Shown: positions 9,619 to 20,021, counted from the first letter of the stretch. The stretch is 64,000 nucleotides of DNA from Candidatus Thorarchaeota archaeon (GCA_046758445.1 JBHIAE010000014.1:1-64000); one strand, 5' to 3'. Numbers and translations: made by a program. The notes: generated by a model from the letters alone, not told the origin.

Positions 9619-10271
9619 CGTACCCTCTTCTCTGCGAATCGCAGGCCTATATTGAAAGTCAACATCAACATGAGTAGAATCGCTGTAGTTCCCAGACCCA
9701 AGGCTATTTCCCCTCTGGTCGTATCAAGTGCTATAGAGGTTGTCAGGACGCGGGTGAGCCCAGCTATGTTGCCACCCAGCATCAGAGCCACTCCTAGTTC
9801 AGATATCGCTCTGCTGAAGCTGGCTGAAACTGCCAATAGAATGCCCCCGAATGACTCTCTTATTGTAGACGCTGCAGCAGCCCTCTTGTCAGCACCCAGA
9901 GTTAGGGCAAGTTCTCCTATTGCCGGATCCACATTCTCAACGGTTTCAACCGTTATGCTGATCATTATGGGCAGAACAAGAATCGCCTGTCCAATGATTA
10001 TCACATAGGGAGTGTAGAGGAGATGAAATATGCCAAGAGGTCCGGCGCTTGAGAATACTAAGTACAATATTAGACCCAAAGCGACAGTGGGAAGTGCCAT
10101 CATGCCGTTGAACAGGCCTTTCAGGAAGGACCTTCCTTTGAAGCGTTGCATTCCTAGTAGAACTCCGATTGGGAGTCCTACAGCGGTCGCAAGTAGAGCG
10201 GCAATTCCTGATACAAACAGACTTCGCAACGTGATCTCTAGCAGCTCAGTTTCTAGTGACAAAATGACCAA
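9600..10271 (-). CDS. tupB: Tungstate ABC transporter permease
   Basis: MALPTVALGL, FSRAISELG..LMLGGNI..TRVLTT. Confidence 0.88.
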   Translation of the reverse strand: MVILSLETELLEITLRSLFVSGIAALLATAVGLPIGVLLGMQRFKGRSFLKGLFNGMMALPTVALGLILYLVFSSAGPLGIFHLLYTPYVIIIGQAILVLPIMISITVETVENVDPAIGELALTLGADKRAAAASTIRESFGGILLAVSASFSRAISELGVALMLGGNIAGLTRVLTTSIALDTTRGEIALGLGTTAILLMLMLTFNIGLRFAEKRVRWWLWE

Positions 10272-10304
10272 CTCCGTTTGAGCTCTAACATAGACTCTAT
10301 CTCA

Positions 10305-11303
10305 TTAGGGGTATAGACCGTAGTTTCCTTCTCTCCATATTGGTGGACATTCATACAGTGTTCCTCCATAGTCAAAGAAACCATGGTTCCTGATCCAAGT
10401 GTATATCTCCAAGGGTGACTGAGCATCCAACACTGGGACTGCTGATTGGAAGAGAGAAAGGCCATATTCGGATTGTCCAAAATCATGAATGAAAGTCTGA
10501 ATAGGGTCACTGAGAAGCCATTGAATGAACGCCATAGCCATGTCGAAGTTGGTGGCTGGTACTGTTGTTTGATTGACTGCAATGGCACTGTAGATGTTTA
10601 TCAGCATCTCATCCTCGTCAACAAACTGTTCGAGCTTGATTAGACCCTGGCTCTTGTACGCAAGGTAGGTACCTATGTCAGCCAGCGTATACAGATTCTG
10701 ATTCTCAGCGATGTTCAACGTGGAACCCATTCCGCTTCCTGAAGATATGAACCAAGGCTCTTCCTTAATGACATCGTAGTCGAAACCTGCAGCACTCCAG
10801 AGGCTCTTCTCTTTCGAATTGGTCCCTGAGTTATCGTCTCGTGAAACCCAGAGAGTTGTGTTGTGTGCGTGACCGTAGAAGTAGATCATCTGTAACGCAG
10901 TCAAGGCGTCTGTTTGAAGTGTTGCTGCAGGATCGTCTGCTGGACCTATGATTGTAAAGAAGTTGTAGGCAAACACCTTCCTGTTCACGCCATAAGTTTC
11001 ATTCATGAAGGAGTATTCCTGAGAGGGTGAATGAACAAGTATCATGTCAGCGTCTCCATTCTTCGCATGTTCAATTGCAATGCCTGTTCCGGCAGGGATG
11101 AAAGCTACCCGAACGCTTGGATGCTCTGCTTCATACTGGTTCTTCAACTCATCCAACAGACCTGTATCATATAGACTGGTGGTAGTTGATATCGTCAGTG
11201 TGCTCTTTGACTGGAGCTCGAGTCCAGAAAGGTAGATTCCTCCGCCTCCGATAATCATCGCTGCTAAGATGAGCACTGCAAGAAGGCCTCTCTCTCGTTT
11301 CAC
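10305..11303 (-). CDS. tupA: Tungstate ABC transporter substrate-binding protein
   Basis: TTTSLYDTGLL signature, SRDDNSGT, GSGMG; N-terminal membrane anchor. Confidence 0.9.
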   Translation of the reverse strand: MKRERGLLAVLILAAMIIGGGGIYLSGLELQSKSTLTISTTTSLYDTGLLDELKNQYEAEHPSVRVAFIPAGTGIAIEHAKNGDADMILVHSPSQEYSFMNETYGVNRKVFAYNFFTIIGPADDPAATLQTDALTALQMIYFYGHAHNTTLWVSRDDNSGTNSKEKSLWSAAGFDYDVIKEEPWFISSGSGMGSTLNIAENQNLYTLADIGTYLAYKSQGLIKLEQFVDEDEMLINIYSAIAVNQTTVPATNFDMAMAFIQWLLSDPIQTFIHDFGQSEYGLSLFQSAVPVLDAQSPLEIYTWIRNHGFFDYGGTLYECPPIWREGNYGLYP

Positions 11304-11407
11304 GATACAGTCACCGATATGTTCTGACGAACAGGTCGCGGACAGACAACTGCCCTATTTTAGTGTTCTGAGAAGGACTTCTCTTCAAGCATCAAGAATT
11401 GTGAGGC

Positions 11408-12571
11408 TCATTGACAGAATGATGTGATGACCTCGGCCAGAACCTTAGTGGTCGTGACTAAGGACTCAAAGTCAACGTACTCTATCGGTGAATGAGCACC
11501 CTCGCCCGACGGGCCAAAGAGGACAGAGGGAATCCCAGATTGCGCGAGAAGAGCAGCATCTGTCCACCACCCGGCACCCAAAAGTTCCGGCTTGGCCCCA
11601 GTGACAACCTGGCATGCTTCGCTGAGATGGTCAACTATCTCAAGATCTTCTGGTACCTCAAGGCTTGGCCGGTAGAAGAAGACCTCTGAGGTCGCCCTGA
11701 ACTGATCATCTGCCGAGGCTAAGTTATTGACCAGACCTGCTAGCTCGGTTTGGATAGTTTCGGCGCCCTCCTCCGGGAGAGTTCGTCGCTCTAGATCGAT
11801 CCGGCAGTAATCTGGATATGTGCTTAGTTCGACTCCACCTCTGATTAGAGAAGCGTGCACAGATGGACGTCCTAACAGTGGGTGGTGGTCTTGGTTCTGG
11901 AATTGACTCTCAAGATCCTCAAGTGCAACCAATACCCTTCCCGCCTTGGTGATTGCATCCACTCCTTCATCAAATCGGCTTCCATGTGCAGCCTTCCCAA
12001 ACACCTCCACCTTCGCCCATGCATACCCCCTATGTGCGATGACTACATGTAGGCTGGTCGGCTCAGTCACTATCGCCGCGTCCGCTGAGTGCTCCTTGAT
12101 GACTTCCTCGGTTCCTAGACTGGCGTATTCCTCATCTGCAACGAAAGCCAGGACTACGTTTCCATTCAGACTTGTTCCCGAGCTTGCAATGGACTCCACG
12201 GCTACGAGCATTGCAGCCAGACTGCCCTTCATGTCAAAGGCCCCCCTGCCGTAGACCTTCCCATTTTGGAAGACCGGCTCGAACGGTTCTATGTCCATAC
12301 CAGCAGTACTGACTGTGTCAGTGTGACCGTTGAGCATCAGAGTTCTCCCGCCGCCATCTCCTTTCAGGACTCCAATGACATTCTCTCTGCCCTCATCCAC
12401 GCTCTGATATTGTACCTCGAGTCCAATTCTCTCAAGATGTGTGCCAATAAGATGGGCGATCCTTGATTCGCCACTTCCTCCCTCTACAAGAGAGGGATTG
12501 ACCGACTCGACCGAAATCAGATTTTGGACTAGGGAAAGCAGTTTCGAATCATCTACAGCGTACTCACTCAT
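11408..12571 (-). CDS. ArgE/DapE-family M20 metallopeptidase/deacylase
   Basis: LNGHTDTV, GRGAFDMKG, DEEY, EPT, AHG, AHSPIE; start taken at MSEY (12571). Confidence 0.9.
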   Translation of the reverse strand: MSEYAVDDSKLLSLVQNLISVESVNPSLVEGGSGESRIAHLIGTHLERIGLEVQYQSVDEGRENVIGVLKGDGGGRTLMLNGHTDTVSTAGMDIEPFEPVFQNGKVYGRGAFDMKGSLAAMLVAVESIASSGTSLNGNVVLAFVADEEYASLGTEEVIKEHSADAAIVTEPTSLHVVIAHRGYAWAKVEVFGKAAHGSRFDEGVDAITKAGRVLVALEDLESQFQNQDHHPLLGRPSVHASLIRGGVELSTYPDYCRIDLERRTLPEEGAETIQTELAGLVNNLASADDQFRATSEVFFYRPSLEVPEDLEIVDHLSEACQVVTGAKPELLGAGWWTDAALLAQSGIPSVLFGPSGEGAHSPIEYVDFESLVTTTKVLAEVITSFCQ

Positions 12572-12769
12572 TCTTATCTCTCCCAGCATTGAATGTCTTG
12601 TGTTGCCAACATTGGCAGCGTCCCTCCACACTAGTCTTTATCGATTCTAGGAGAACAGGATGCAACAAACGATGTGACATGTATCGGAAACAGGAGCATG
12701 TAGGATGATACTGGCAGCTCGATTGCTCTTCGTCAGAAAAAACTGAAAATGGCGAGATTGAGTGCGCTT

Positions 12770-12928
12770 TCACAGACGATAGCCTGGTTCACTGACAGCA
12801 TGTTTCATTATCTCTAGACTACAGGATTTGTGTTCCCTGCACCACTCTTCGCATTTCTTTGCCCATGATTCTTCGCGGTAGAGTAGTTTGCATTCTTCAC
12901 AGAGATAGAGCTTGCCAACCTTCTTCAT
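12770..12928 (-). CDS. 52-aa Cys-rich putative metal-binding protein (absent from ORF track)
   Basis: MKKVGKLYLCEECKLLYREESWAKKCEEWCREHKSCSLEIMKHAVSEPGYRL; co-oriented with neighbours. Confidence 0.7.
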   Translation of the reverse strand: MKKVGKLYLCEECKLLYREESWAKKCEEWCREHKSCSLEIMKHAVSEPGYRL

Positions 12929-12988
12929 ACAGATACACTTGGATACAGGCTGTTTCTAACTTCCGGTAGAGGAAACTTGGAGGACCCT

Positions 12989-13342
12989 TCAGAAACTGAT
13001 GACCTTGCTGGACTCCATAGTCCAAGTGGCTAGGTCGCCCATTCCGCCTCGGGTCACCCCCGGAATCAGAGAAGCCTCATTCAATCCACGAGCATCTAAG
13101 CAGGTTCCACAGCACTTGATTGTGACTCCCTTCCTTACTAGCGCCGCGATCATTCTCTCTAGATTGTAGTAGCCATCAGGAGTCTTCTGACCTGAAACTG
13201 CACATGAAACAGCATCGCCAAGCAGGAATATGTTTGCTTGGAGTTCTGAATCCTGTTTCATTAGGGCCAATGCAAGACGGAGTCCGTTATAGGAGCGCTC
13301 GCTACCGTATGGAGGGTCATTCAAAACGAGAAGAAGACTCAT
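12989..13342 (-). CDS. DsrE/YchN-family sulfur-relay protein
   Basis: PPYGSERSYNGLRLA, FLLGDAV, GQKTPDGYYN, CGTCLDARG. Confidence 0.9.
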   Translation of the reverse strand: MSLLLVLNDPPYGSERSYNGLRLALALMKQDSELQANIFLLGDAVSCAVSGQKTPDGYYNLERMIAALVRKGVTIKCCGTCLDARGLNEASLIPGVTRGGMGDLATWTMESSKVISF

Positions 13343-13501
13343 GATTTCATCTTACGTCTTCATTGATTTGAGGGTTTGGGAACTCTCGAGGCATCGGTTC
13401 TCTTTCATTATCTAGCGAGAAAAGCAGGGGAGAGTACCCTGACTACAGATGCAAAGGTTGCCTTTGGGACCTACAACTTCTTCACTGGCAGAAGAGGATC
13501 G

Positions 13502-14065
13502 TTATCTAGCAAACTTTCCCTTCTGACTGACGACGAACACATCATGTGCCAGATGGAAGATCCGTTCCACTGCTTCAGGAATCCAGTACCCTCGTTCAAT
13601 GTCAAAGAACTCCTCAGAAGCGTCTACCGACACTACTTCGCCCACGAAGAGTGTATGATCTCCCATGCTCAATTGCTCCACAACTCTGCATTCGATGGAC
13701 GCGATGGCCTCCTTGATCGAAACAGCATTCTTGTCAATCTTCCCGGGCAGATATGTCAATCCCGCAGCGGAGATCTTGTCGTCATAGTGTCTTCCCGTGT
13801 GAGAGCCTGTCCACCATGTTTCTGATTGGATGTCCTTCGAAGGAATGTTGATTGTGAATACCTTAGCTCTCTCAATGACATCGTGGGTGGCCTTTCTGGG
13901 AGTGATGGCTATTCCAAAGAGCGGTGGTCTGACTGACAGAGGAGTGGTCCATGCCATTGTAATTGCAGACTTCTTCCCGCTCTCAGGATCCGCAACTGTG
14001 ATTATGAACGTGGGATGTGGACCTGACAGTGCTATGAATGTGTTCTTTCTGCATGCAGTTCTCAT
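13502..14065 (-). CDS. Flavin reductase (DIM6/NTAB) family protein
   Basis: AWTTPLS.RPP, FTINIP, IECRV...GDHTLFVGEVV. Confidence 0.9.
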   Translation of the reverse strand: MRTACRKNTFIALSGPHPTFIITVADPESGKKSAITMAWTTPLSVRPPLFGIAITPRKATHDVIERAKVFTINIPSKDIQSETWWTGSHTGRHYDDKISAAGLTYLPGKIDKNAVSIKEAIASIECRVVEQLSMGDHTLFVGEVVSVDASEEFFDIERGYWIPEAVERIFHLAHDVFVVSQKGKFAR

Positions 14066-14069
14066 GGTA

Positions 14070-14083
14070 TTAACTATCGTTAA
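14070..14083. promoter_or_regulatory. Palindromic operator-like site TTAAC-TATC-GTTAA
   Basis: 5 bp upstream of the flavin reductase start; one of six related sites. Confidence 0.6.
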
Positions 14084-14268
14084 TTGACCCTAATAAGAGC
14101 GCTGGTGCCGGCTGCGTTCCTAGTACCTCATGATAGGGTTGTTCACCAGACATTCTCCGCAGCAGATCACTGGCAGTTCCCGCAATACGCAAATGTCGGT
14201 TCTTTCGGGGGGCTATGAATAACAGCAATAGCAGCTCACAGATACAAACCTGTATATGGTGCAGGGTC

Positions 14269-14282
14269 TTAACTATAGTGAA
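14269..14282. promoter_or_regulatory. Operator-like site TTAACTATAGTGAA
   Basis: Identical 14-mer at 23213-23226; both follow a TATATGGTG TATA-like element. Confidence 0.6.
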
Positions 14283-14287
14283 GAATC

Positions 14288-14530
14288 ATGAAGGTCATGT
14301 CAAAGAAGACCAAGTTAAGTCTGGAAGAGATCATGAGAAAGGCGAAGGCAGCATTCGAGGGTAGATACGGGCTGACAATTACAGACGTTGAGGAAGGATG
14401 TTGTATAGAGTTCTCTAGCGACATTGGTTTTGTAACGGTGAAGGTTGTCGAGTCCAATGATGAAAACGAAGTGACTTTGGCAACGCGCGAATGGGAATTC
14501 CAGATAGAGAAGTTCCTTGCGAACCTGTAA
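14288..14530 (+). CDS. Small hypothetical protein
   Basis: Clean 80-aa ORF directly after the operator site; protein-like composition. Confidence 0.65.
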   Translation: MKVMSKKTKLSLEEIMRKAKAAFEGRYGLTITDVEEGCCIEFSSDIGFVTVKVVESNDENEVTLATREWEFQIEKFLANL

Positions 14531-14832
14531 GGAGCGGCAAGAGCTATCGGCCCGAGGGAGTGAGAGTCTTGATCAGAACGTACAGTGGGGAGATTGTGCA
14601 TTCACAGACTCAATTGATTGGGACTTCGGACATGAGGGACGGTTTCATCACAATTCTCACTGAAGATTGCGAGCACGTCAGACTGGATGTCGGCGCTTTC
14701 ACTTCTTTCGAAACGCTTGAAGAGGGGGAGTCTGTCATCGTGGTAGCAGAAACTCTTGGCAGTACTGGTAAATGGATTGCCAAGACTGTAGTTCAGAGTG
14801 AAATGAAGGATTCTCCAACGTTTGATGAATGA
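14491..14832 (+). CDS. Hypothetical protein (possibly OB-fold-like; start uncertain)
   Basis: Beta-rich ORF co-oriented with neighbours. Confidence 0.45.
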   Translation: MGIPDREVPCEPVRSGKSYRPEGVRVLIRTYSGEIVHSQTQLIGTSDMRDGFITILTEDCEHVRLDVGAFTSFETLEEGESVIVVAETLGSTGKWIAKTVVQSEMKDSPTFDE

Positions 14833-14981
14833 CGTTAAGTAGGAAGCATATAGCTTGAGTCTTCAGCAGTTGACTTTGACGTGTCTTCTCTCCGGGGGTT
14901 CACAAGGGTCCTAGTGAAGGACTAATATGTCAATGATGTATAATCTCGGTTTTGCTAACATTTAGCTAGAGGCGATAGATT

Positions 14982-15398
14982 ATGGCGTCAAAGGAACTAA
15001 TCGAGATGCTCAACAACGCAGTATCGAGAGAGCTTGCGGTCAGCATCCAGTACATGTGGCAGCATGTGAAGATATACGGTTTCGACCATGTGGCAGTTGG
15101 TGACGAACTGAAGAAGATTGCCATTCAAGAGATGATACATGCTGAGGAGATTGCCGAACGTATCGACTATCTGGGTGGGGAACCTACAACGATTCCAGCA
15201 GCGATCAAAATCGGTAAGACCCCAGAAGAGATGATTGGCATCGATAAAGAAGCGGAAGAAGCTGCAATTGCTCTCTACAAGACCATCATTGACAAAGCAG
15301 CAGAAGAGAAGGACTACGTGACAAAGAGGCTATTTGAGGGCATCTTGGCTGAAGAGGAAGACCATCACAATACGTTTCGGACCCTTCTGGAGAAGTGA
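14982..15398 (+). CDS. Ferritin-like / bacterioferritin-related di-iron protein
   Basis: REL...QY, QEMIHAE.IAERI.YLGGEP, EEEDHH ferroxidase motifs. Confidence 0.88.
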   Translation: MASKELIEMLNNAVSRELAVSIQYMWQHVKIYGFDHVAVGDELKKIAIQEMIHAEEIAERIDYLGGEPTTIPAAIKIGKTPEEMIGIDKEAEEAAIALYKTIIDKAAEEKDYVTKRLFEGILAEEEDHHNTFRTLLEK

Positions 15399-15584
15399 AG
15401 GTATCTTCACTTCACAAATGCTGCTAATTGGTGATAGACCATTCGAAGCCAATGAGTGGTCCACTCGATGATGCGATGATGCAGTGCGGGTTTCAGCCTT
15501 TGTTGAAATGGAGCAGATTGCTCGGACAGTGAAAACAGACCGTCCCCTCGTAGTTTCGATGATCAGGAAACAGAGATTCTTCAT

Positions 15585-16421
15585 ATGGAGGACTATGTGT
15601 TGGCGACCAGAGTTGTTCTGCTCGGAACAGGCACGCCCATTCCGAACCCGAAGAGGTCTGGACCCTCAGTTGCCATCATTGTCGGTGAATCGGTGTACTT
15701 AGTCGATTTCGGTCCAGGGGTTGTAAGACGCGCTGTGGAAGCAGGTCTGAAACCTGCGCAGCTCACACATGCCTTTCTGACACATCTTCATTCAGATCAT
15801 ACAGCCGGATACCCGGATCTCATCCTCACACCGGCCGTAGTCGGTCGCAAGGTGGCGCTGGAGGTATATGGCCCACCGGGCTTACAATCAATGACAAACC
15901 ACATCCTTGCAGCATATGAGGAGGATCTCAGAGAGAGAGTAGACGGGCTGGAACCAGCTATCTCAGAAGGATACGTTGTGAATGTAGATGAGTTCTCAGG
16001 AGATGACCCCAGGGTTGTATATCAAGACGGTCAAGTTTCCGTGGAGGCGTTCCCTGTCCTACATGGCTCTTGGCCAGCCTATGGGTACAAGTTCTTCACA
16101 CCGGACAAGACCATACTGATATCAGGTGATACGGCCCCTTCACCGAGAATCATTGAGATGGCCAGAGGTTGTGATATTCTCGTGCACGAAGTCTACTCAT
16201 CAGTGTCCTTGAAGACACGACCTGCAGAATGGATAGAGTACCATACGTCAATGCACACCTCCTCTCATGAGTTGGCTGATGTTGCATCTCAAGCTAGACC
16301 AAGACTTCTCGTTCTATACCACCAACTGAATTGGGAAAGCACAGATGAGGAGCTGCTCACAGAAGTCAAAGAGAGATATGATGGAAGTGTTGTTTCCGGG
16401 AGCGACTTAGACTCATTCTAG
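15585..16421 (+). CDS. MBL-fold hydrolase (RNase Z / arylsulfatase-like)
   Basis: LLGTGTP, THLHSDHTAG, ISGDT, LVHEV. Confidence 0.88.
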   Translation: MEDYVLATRVVLLGTGTPIPNPKRSGPSVAIIVGESVYLVDFGPGVVRRAVEAGLKPAQLTHAFLTHLHSDHTAGYPDLILTPAVVGRKVALEVYGPPGLQSMTNHILAAYEEDLRERVDGLEPAISEGYVVNVDEFSGDDPRVVYQDGQVSVEAFPVLHGSWPAYGYKFFTPDKTILISGDTAPSPRIIEMARGCDILVHEVYSSVSLKTRPAEWIEYHTSMHTSSHELADVASQARPRLLVLYHQLNWESTDEELLTEVKERYDGSVVSGSDLDSF

Positions 16422-16439
16422 ATTCAGAGATCGAGTCTA

Positions 16440-17768
16440 GTGATGGAAGTGTGGTTTGGCAGATTGGCGAACCTTTATCTGTACATCACCAGCGTAAGCC
16501 GTGGCTCGTCATTTGGACGAAGAACCGAGTTTGAGACAGTAGCATTGACCGGACAAGAAGCATCCTCAACGCACAGAGAAGTGCCATCAACGAGGGTAAC
16601 TGGGAAGATCCTAAGCCTTGGGGTCTTGACGCTTCTCACAATAACAGCAGCGGCTATCCTTCACGTGAACCAACCTGAGTTCATCCTTGACCGATTCGCG
16701 GGGATCACGGAGTTTGAGTACTCGCTTTTTGACAGCATGCTCTACATGTCCTACCTGTTGTTTGGCTTGGTGACAGGCGCTCTCTCTGATAGATGGGCGA
16801 AACGCCGTGTCTTCGTGCTCGCAGGGGCATCGGGCTCCATTCTCTTCTACTGGCTGATGACAACTGCACTCATCTATCCACTCTTGCTGGTCTACAGGTT
16901 TGTCCAAGGGGCCTTCACAGTAATGGCTTGGCAGACATTCATGACATTGGCAATCGACTTCTCTGGCCCTCACGATCGTGGGAAGAACATGGGTGTCTTC
17001 GGAGCATTTCTGGCTCTTGCCATGGGGTTAGGACCGGCAGTTGGTGGGGTCATCGCCAGCTATGGTGTGTTCATGCCTTACTATACCGCCGTTGTTCTGA
17101 ACGCGGCTGTGCTTGTCATAGCATTCTTCGCTCTAAGGGACCCACCTATCACCAAGCAGAGGCCCAGTCTGTCACGTAGCCTTGCCATTGCAAGACGCCA
17201 TCCAAAACTCACAATCCCGGGAGTATTCAACTTCATTGACAGACTTCACATCGGATTCATCCTGACGGCACTGCCACTCTTTCTATCATCTGTGCTTGGT
17301 CTCTCAGAGTCTCTTAGAGGGCTATCACTTGCCATATTTGCAATGCCCTTCATAGTATTGCAGTACCCCATGGGGAAACTCTCAGACAAGTACGGAAGGT
17401 ACGCGCCGTTAGTCTTAGGTAGCGTTGGTTTTGGTTTGGTACTGTCGAGTCTGGGATATATCGGGGCCTTAGGATTCGGCGCCTTGCTGCTAATGCTTGC
17501 AGTGTTGGGCTTCTTCTCCGGTGTGACTGCCCCGCCTTCCATGGCTTTGGTGGGAGACATTGTTGAGCCGGAAGACTCTGCTATGGCTATGGGCTTCTTC
17601 AATTTCATGGGCAACTTCGGCATCACCATTGGTCCACTTGTCTTTGGATTCATGGTGCTTTTGGCTGACTTCGTGACCGCCTTCGCAGTCGCGGGACTTC
17701 TGGAACTGCTGACCTTGGCGTTCAACATTGTCCTAATCAAAGCCGTTTTCCACGAGAGCATCATTTGA
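16440..17768 (+). CDS. MFS transporter (start probably downstream of 16440)
   Basis: About 12 TM segments; GALSDRWAKR and GKLSDKYGR motif A. Confidence 0.88.
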   Translation: MMEVWFGRLANLYLYITSVSRGSSFGRRTEFETVALTGQEASSTHREVPSTRVTGKILSLGVLTLLTITAAAILHVNQPEFILDRFAGITEFEYSLFDSMLYMSYLLFGLVTGALSDRWAKRRVFVLAGASGSILFYWLMTTALIYPLLLVYRFVQGAFTVMAWQTFMTLAIDFSGPHDRGKNMGVFGAFLALAMGLGPAVGGVIASYGVFMPYYTAVVLNAAVLVIAFFALRDPPITKQRPSLSRSLAIARRHPKLTIPGVFNFIDRLHIGFILTALPLFLSSVLGLSESLRGLSLAIFAMPFIVLQYPMGKLSDKYGRYAPLVLGSVGFGLVLSSLGYIGALGFGALLLMLAVLGFFSGVTAPPSMALVGDIVEPEDSAMAMGFFNFMGNFGITIGPLVFGFMVLLADFVTAFAVAGLLELLTLAFNIVLIKAVFHESII

Positions 17769-17901
17769 GCGGTCGGCTTCTACCGATGCCTTCTTTGCAC
17801 CTGCATAGGGGTCTAGTCCAGCAAGGACTGAGAGTATCAGTCTTGTCAGAGGTTGCGATAGGAGAAGGAGCAGCTCATCAAGCTCTTTCTCTTTCTGATT
17901 C

Positions 17902-18711
17902 TCACTGGCCACCTTCCATCGACTCCAGTTCCTCTACCTTCTTGATGACCGTATCTGCAAGAATGAGGGTACAGGGAATGGTGAATATCATGATCATGAT
18001 TATTGCGACTCCGGGCGCAGATATCCATGGCATAGATCCTGTACCTGCCAAGAACAGATAGATCACTGGGAGGATAACGGAAATAAAAGCAAAGACTCCG
18101 AGCGCTAGGAAGTTTCCTCTATTAGGGGAACGCAAGAGAAACCAGCTCTCAGATATGAATAGAAGAACAGAAAGGCCGAGGTCATATTTCCTTGCGAGTC
18201 GTATCAGATTGTTGACTGAATTCGCTGTTAAGCCGATACTGAGCGCGAATGAAACAAACGCTACAACAAAGCCAAGCTGATTCGCGGAGAACGCCATAAT
18301 CCACATTGCGATGAAACTGAGGAATGTGAGCGCGAAACCAAGACCAGACCCCAACTGAGCCTTGAAAAGCTGAAGTTCCTCTCGTGGTGTCATAGATAAG
18401 GCAGCAGAGAGCACACCGTACCTGTCAACCTGGGGCTCTTCCCGGACTTGGTCGATGAGGATTAGTGCTTTCCGTCCTAGGGCGGTTATTCTGTACTCTC
18501 CATTCACGCCTTCAATCAACCCTGCCTCCGCTAGCTCCTTGAGATGATAATTGAACGTACCGCTCTCAAGGGATGGGTCAAGACCCAAGACCTGCATCAT
18601 CTGGGTGTATGAAGCGCTTCCTTTCTTTGCTATAAGGCGGATGATCTCTCTTCTCGTGGAGTTTGAGAGAGCCTTCAACACACCTTCATCGTATTCTCTT
18701 GACGACTTCAT
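17902..18711 (-). CDS. ArsR-type winged-HTH protein fused to a multi-pass membrane domain
   Basis: LKALSNSTRREII...YHLKELAEAGLI...YRITALG, then about 5 hydrophobic helices. Confidence 0.8.
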   Translation of the reverse strand: MKSSREYDEGVLKALSNSTRREIIRLIAKKGSASYTQMMQVLGLDPSLESGTFNYHLKELAEAGLIEGVNGEYRITALGRKALILIDQVREEPQVDRYGVLSAALSMTPREELQLFKAQLGSGLGFALTFLSFIAMWIMAFSANQLGFVVAFVSFALSIGLTANSVNNLIRLARKYDLGLSVLLFISESWFLLRSPNRGNFLALGVFAFISVILPVIYLFLAGTGSMPWISAPGVAIIMIMIFTIPCTLILADTVIKKVEELESMEGGQ

Positions 18712-18832
18712 TGTTTATTTCATGTGAATCTTCGGCTCTTGATTATTTAAGCTGTTTTCACGAAATCTCTCGACAGACCTTTTGAACCACTGTGGAGTAG
18801 CCAGTACTGTGCAGAGTGTCGGACTTTGCACC

Positions 18833-19285
18833 TCAGATATACAGACTCATGGTCGCGTTGCTCGCTATATCGAGAAATGAGGCGATTCCTGTCACTTTGT
18901 CTACCTCCTCGATGAGCTCATCCTGATTAATATCAAGAAGCGTCATTGTTGTCACACATGCATAGATCTTCAATCCCAATCGTTTCGCATCCTTGATCTG
19001 ATGTGAAATGGGGTAGATGATTCCTAGGGTAAGTCCCTTCTCTACAACATCCAGGATTTCGCTGTCTGTTTCTTCTCCCAGAGTGTCGGTGTTGTTTCTT
19101 GCAAGCCTGTTGAGGGCTCCGTAGGTGAAGAGCGTGTTCACCTCCATGCCCATAGACAGCGCCGCCTTGGCGATGATGAGTCCATAGCCGACTTTGTCAT
19201 ATGATGCACTATGGAATATCATAGCTAGACTGTCACCTTTCTTGTTCTCACTATCCTTCAAGTGACCACCTCGGCCAGTGACCAC
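18833..19285 (-). CDS. DsrE/DsrF/DrsH-like protein
   Basis: AALSMGMEV..FT, KIYAC..TM, G..SFL. Confidence 0.8.
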   Translation of the reverse strand: MVTGRGGHLKDSENKKGDSLAMIFHSASYDKVGYGLIIAKAALSMGMEVNTLFTYGALNRLARNNTDTLGEETDSEILDVVEKGLTLGIIYPISHQIKDAKRLGLKIYACVTTMTLLDINQDELIEEVDKVTGIASFLDIASNATMSLYI

Positions 19286-19951
19286 AAAGACCCTAATCTT
19301 ATGACTTTGAGTGTTCAGTCATATCGAATGGAACGAGAGGAACAGCCGTCGGCGGAAATCCTTTGCCTCTCTGATAATACCCTTATGCAGTCGAAACGTC
19401 ATCTCTGCAGGGTAATGACGATGACATCCGGATTCGGTACATTGGGGCGAGATGTAGGTGTGGTGGGCAGATGGAGTCGGCTGGCATCCGGCCTTGGCTT
19501 CTTGGCATTAGGAGTACTGCTCCTTGCTTGGAATCAATCGCAGACCTACTACGCTCTCACCGCCATCTACCTCATCGTTATAGTTGGTCTGTATATCGTA
19601 GCTCACTATCTGCTTGGTGAACGTGTTCTAGCCGGCAGAAGCCCTTGGATAGGTACGGCAATCCTTGTGATTCCAATGATGTATCTGATATTCTCGGCCT
19701 ACCTGGGAGTTGGTATTGGACAGTGGCTCGGACTACCCGAGATTGACTGGCCATTGTCGACCGCTGCGATACTATACGTCGGGATCTCTTTCCTGATTAT
19801 CTGGAGAACCGGCTATGGGGGTTGTGAAGTAGTCGGCATACCGAACATTCTGTTCAAGAGGAGCTATAGGACCTACTGCATACCTCTTGTAGTCGTGGAC
19901 GTGTTAGAGAAGAGAAGGATAGACCTGAAGCTTACCGAAGCCGTGGAATAA
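19262..19951 (+). CDS. Membrane protein with conserved GYGGCE...C motif (start probably near 19415)
   Basis: Four TM helices and GYGGCEVVGIPN...YCIP. Confidence 0.65.
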   Translation: MTTSASDHKDPNLMTLSVQSYRMEREEQPSAEILCLSDNTLMQSKRHLCRVMTMTSGFGTLGRDVGVVGRWSRLASGLGFLALGVLLLAWNQSQTYYALTAIYLIVIVGLYIVAHYLLGERVLAGRSPWIGTAILVIPMMYLIFSAYLGVGIGQWLGLPEIDWPLSTAAILYVGISFLIIWRTGYGGCEVVGIPNILFKRSYRTYCIPLVVVDVLEKRRIDLKLTEAVE

Positions 19952-20021
19952 TGATATTCGCTCGGATGGTACGCATGTAGATGGCAAGAGGTGATTGGTA
20001 GCGACGTACAGGCCAGTCTTT

